Positions 33,717 through 33,763 of a stretch of 33,763 nucleotides of DNA are shown here, in pieces; within the stretch, counting starts at the first letter, position 1, and each line of letters opens with the position of its first letter. The stretch is from contig CAYVLO010000002.1 of NCBI GenBank assembly GCA_964452125.1, forward strand, positions 1 through 33,763. Direction: 5' to 3'. The notes under the pieces were generated by a model. It ran no database searches. It saw nothing but the letters and a program-made list of their open reading frames with translations, and had not been told where the DNA came from. Both the position numbers and the translations under genes were made by a program. This DNA comes from an uncultured Anaerolineaceae bacterium (GTDB lineage: Bacteria; Chloroflexota; Anaerolineae; JAAYZQ01).

Positions 33717-33751
33717 AGGCAGGGCATTGACTCCTCTGCCCTGCCTTTTTC
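33717..33751 (+). terminator. strong rho-independent terminator on the + strand
   Basis: AGGCAGGGCA (33717-33726) pairs with TGCCCTGCCT (33737-33746). Followed by TTTT. Confidence 0.7.
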
Positions 33752-33763
33752 CGTAGGAAAACC

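Noticed and set aside
33609-33763. Open reading frame MEPSTPREPPSSDASS... running off the right edge.
   Set aside because: It has no SD and reads through a strong rho-independent terminator (33717-33751). It is more likely non-coding, but this cannot be settled without downstream sequence.

Overview
High-GC bacterial chromosomal window, densely coded. The style (N-terminally anchored exoproteins with Pro/Thr linkers, GC-rich palindromic intergenic repeats) looks like a monoderm Chloroflexota-type genome. That is an inference I cannot verify without a search. I support 28 protein genes and one tRNA.

Gene order, left to right:
- tig-clpP-clpX proteostasis cluster (216-3696, +).
- DegV plus U32 peptidase (3758-6548, -).
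- An orphan proline-rich protein and an MBL-fold hydrolase (6790-8819, -).
- A surface glycan-processing block (9427-17474): a 997-aa GH18-like + clan GH-A protein, a paralogous GH-A protein, a third PT-linker anchored protein, and a GH94 cellobiose phosphorylase.
- Two adjacent PIN-domain toxin-antitoxin modules (17701-19394).
- An orphan membrane protein.
- A PdtaS/PdtaR-like histidine kinase with an ANTAR response regulator (20317-22409, -).
- tRNA-Pro(GGG) (22560-22636, -).
- An FAH-family hydrolase and an M14 carboxypeptidase.
- A copper-type locus (26188-33378, +): OmpR-family regulator, a kinase with a Met-rich sensor loop, three small SHOCT membrane proteins, DoxX, a His-rich CPH-motif CopB ATPase, and a fourth SHOCT protein.

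Many transcription units carry near-consensus TTGnnn-17-TAnnnT promoters. These let me correct several ORF-track starts.

Best candidates for something undescribed:
1. The fourfold SHOCT small-membrane-protein set embedded in the copper two-component/CopB locus, with Met-, Cys- and His-bearing external segments and an anti-SD/decoy-SD hairpin.
2. A promoter, then a 105-nt closed structured RNA, then an intrinsic terminator, just downstream of that locus (33384-33562).
3. A dispersed GGGCGnnGCATGCnnCGCCC palindrome family with compensatory substitutions.
4. A reverse-order PIN + 75-aa module.

No CRISPR array, transposase, integrase or rRNA was seen. All functional calls come from motif recognition by eye. 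No database search was run.
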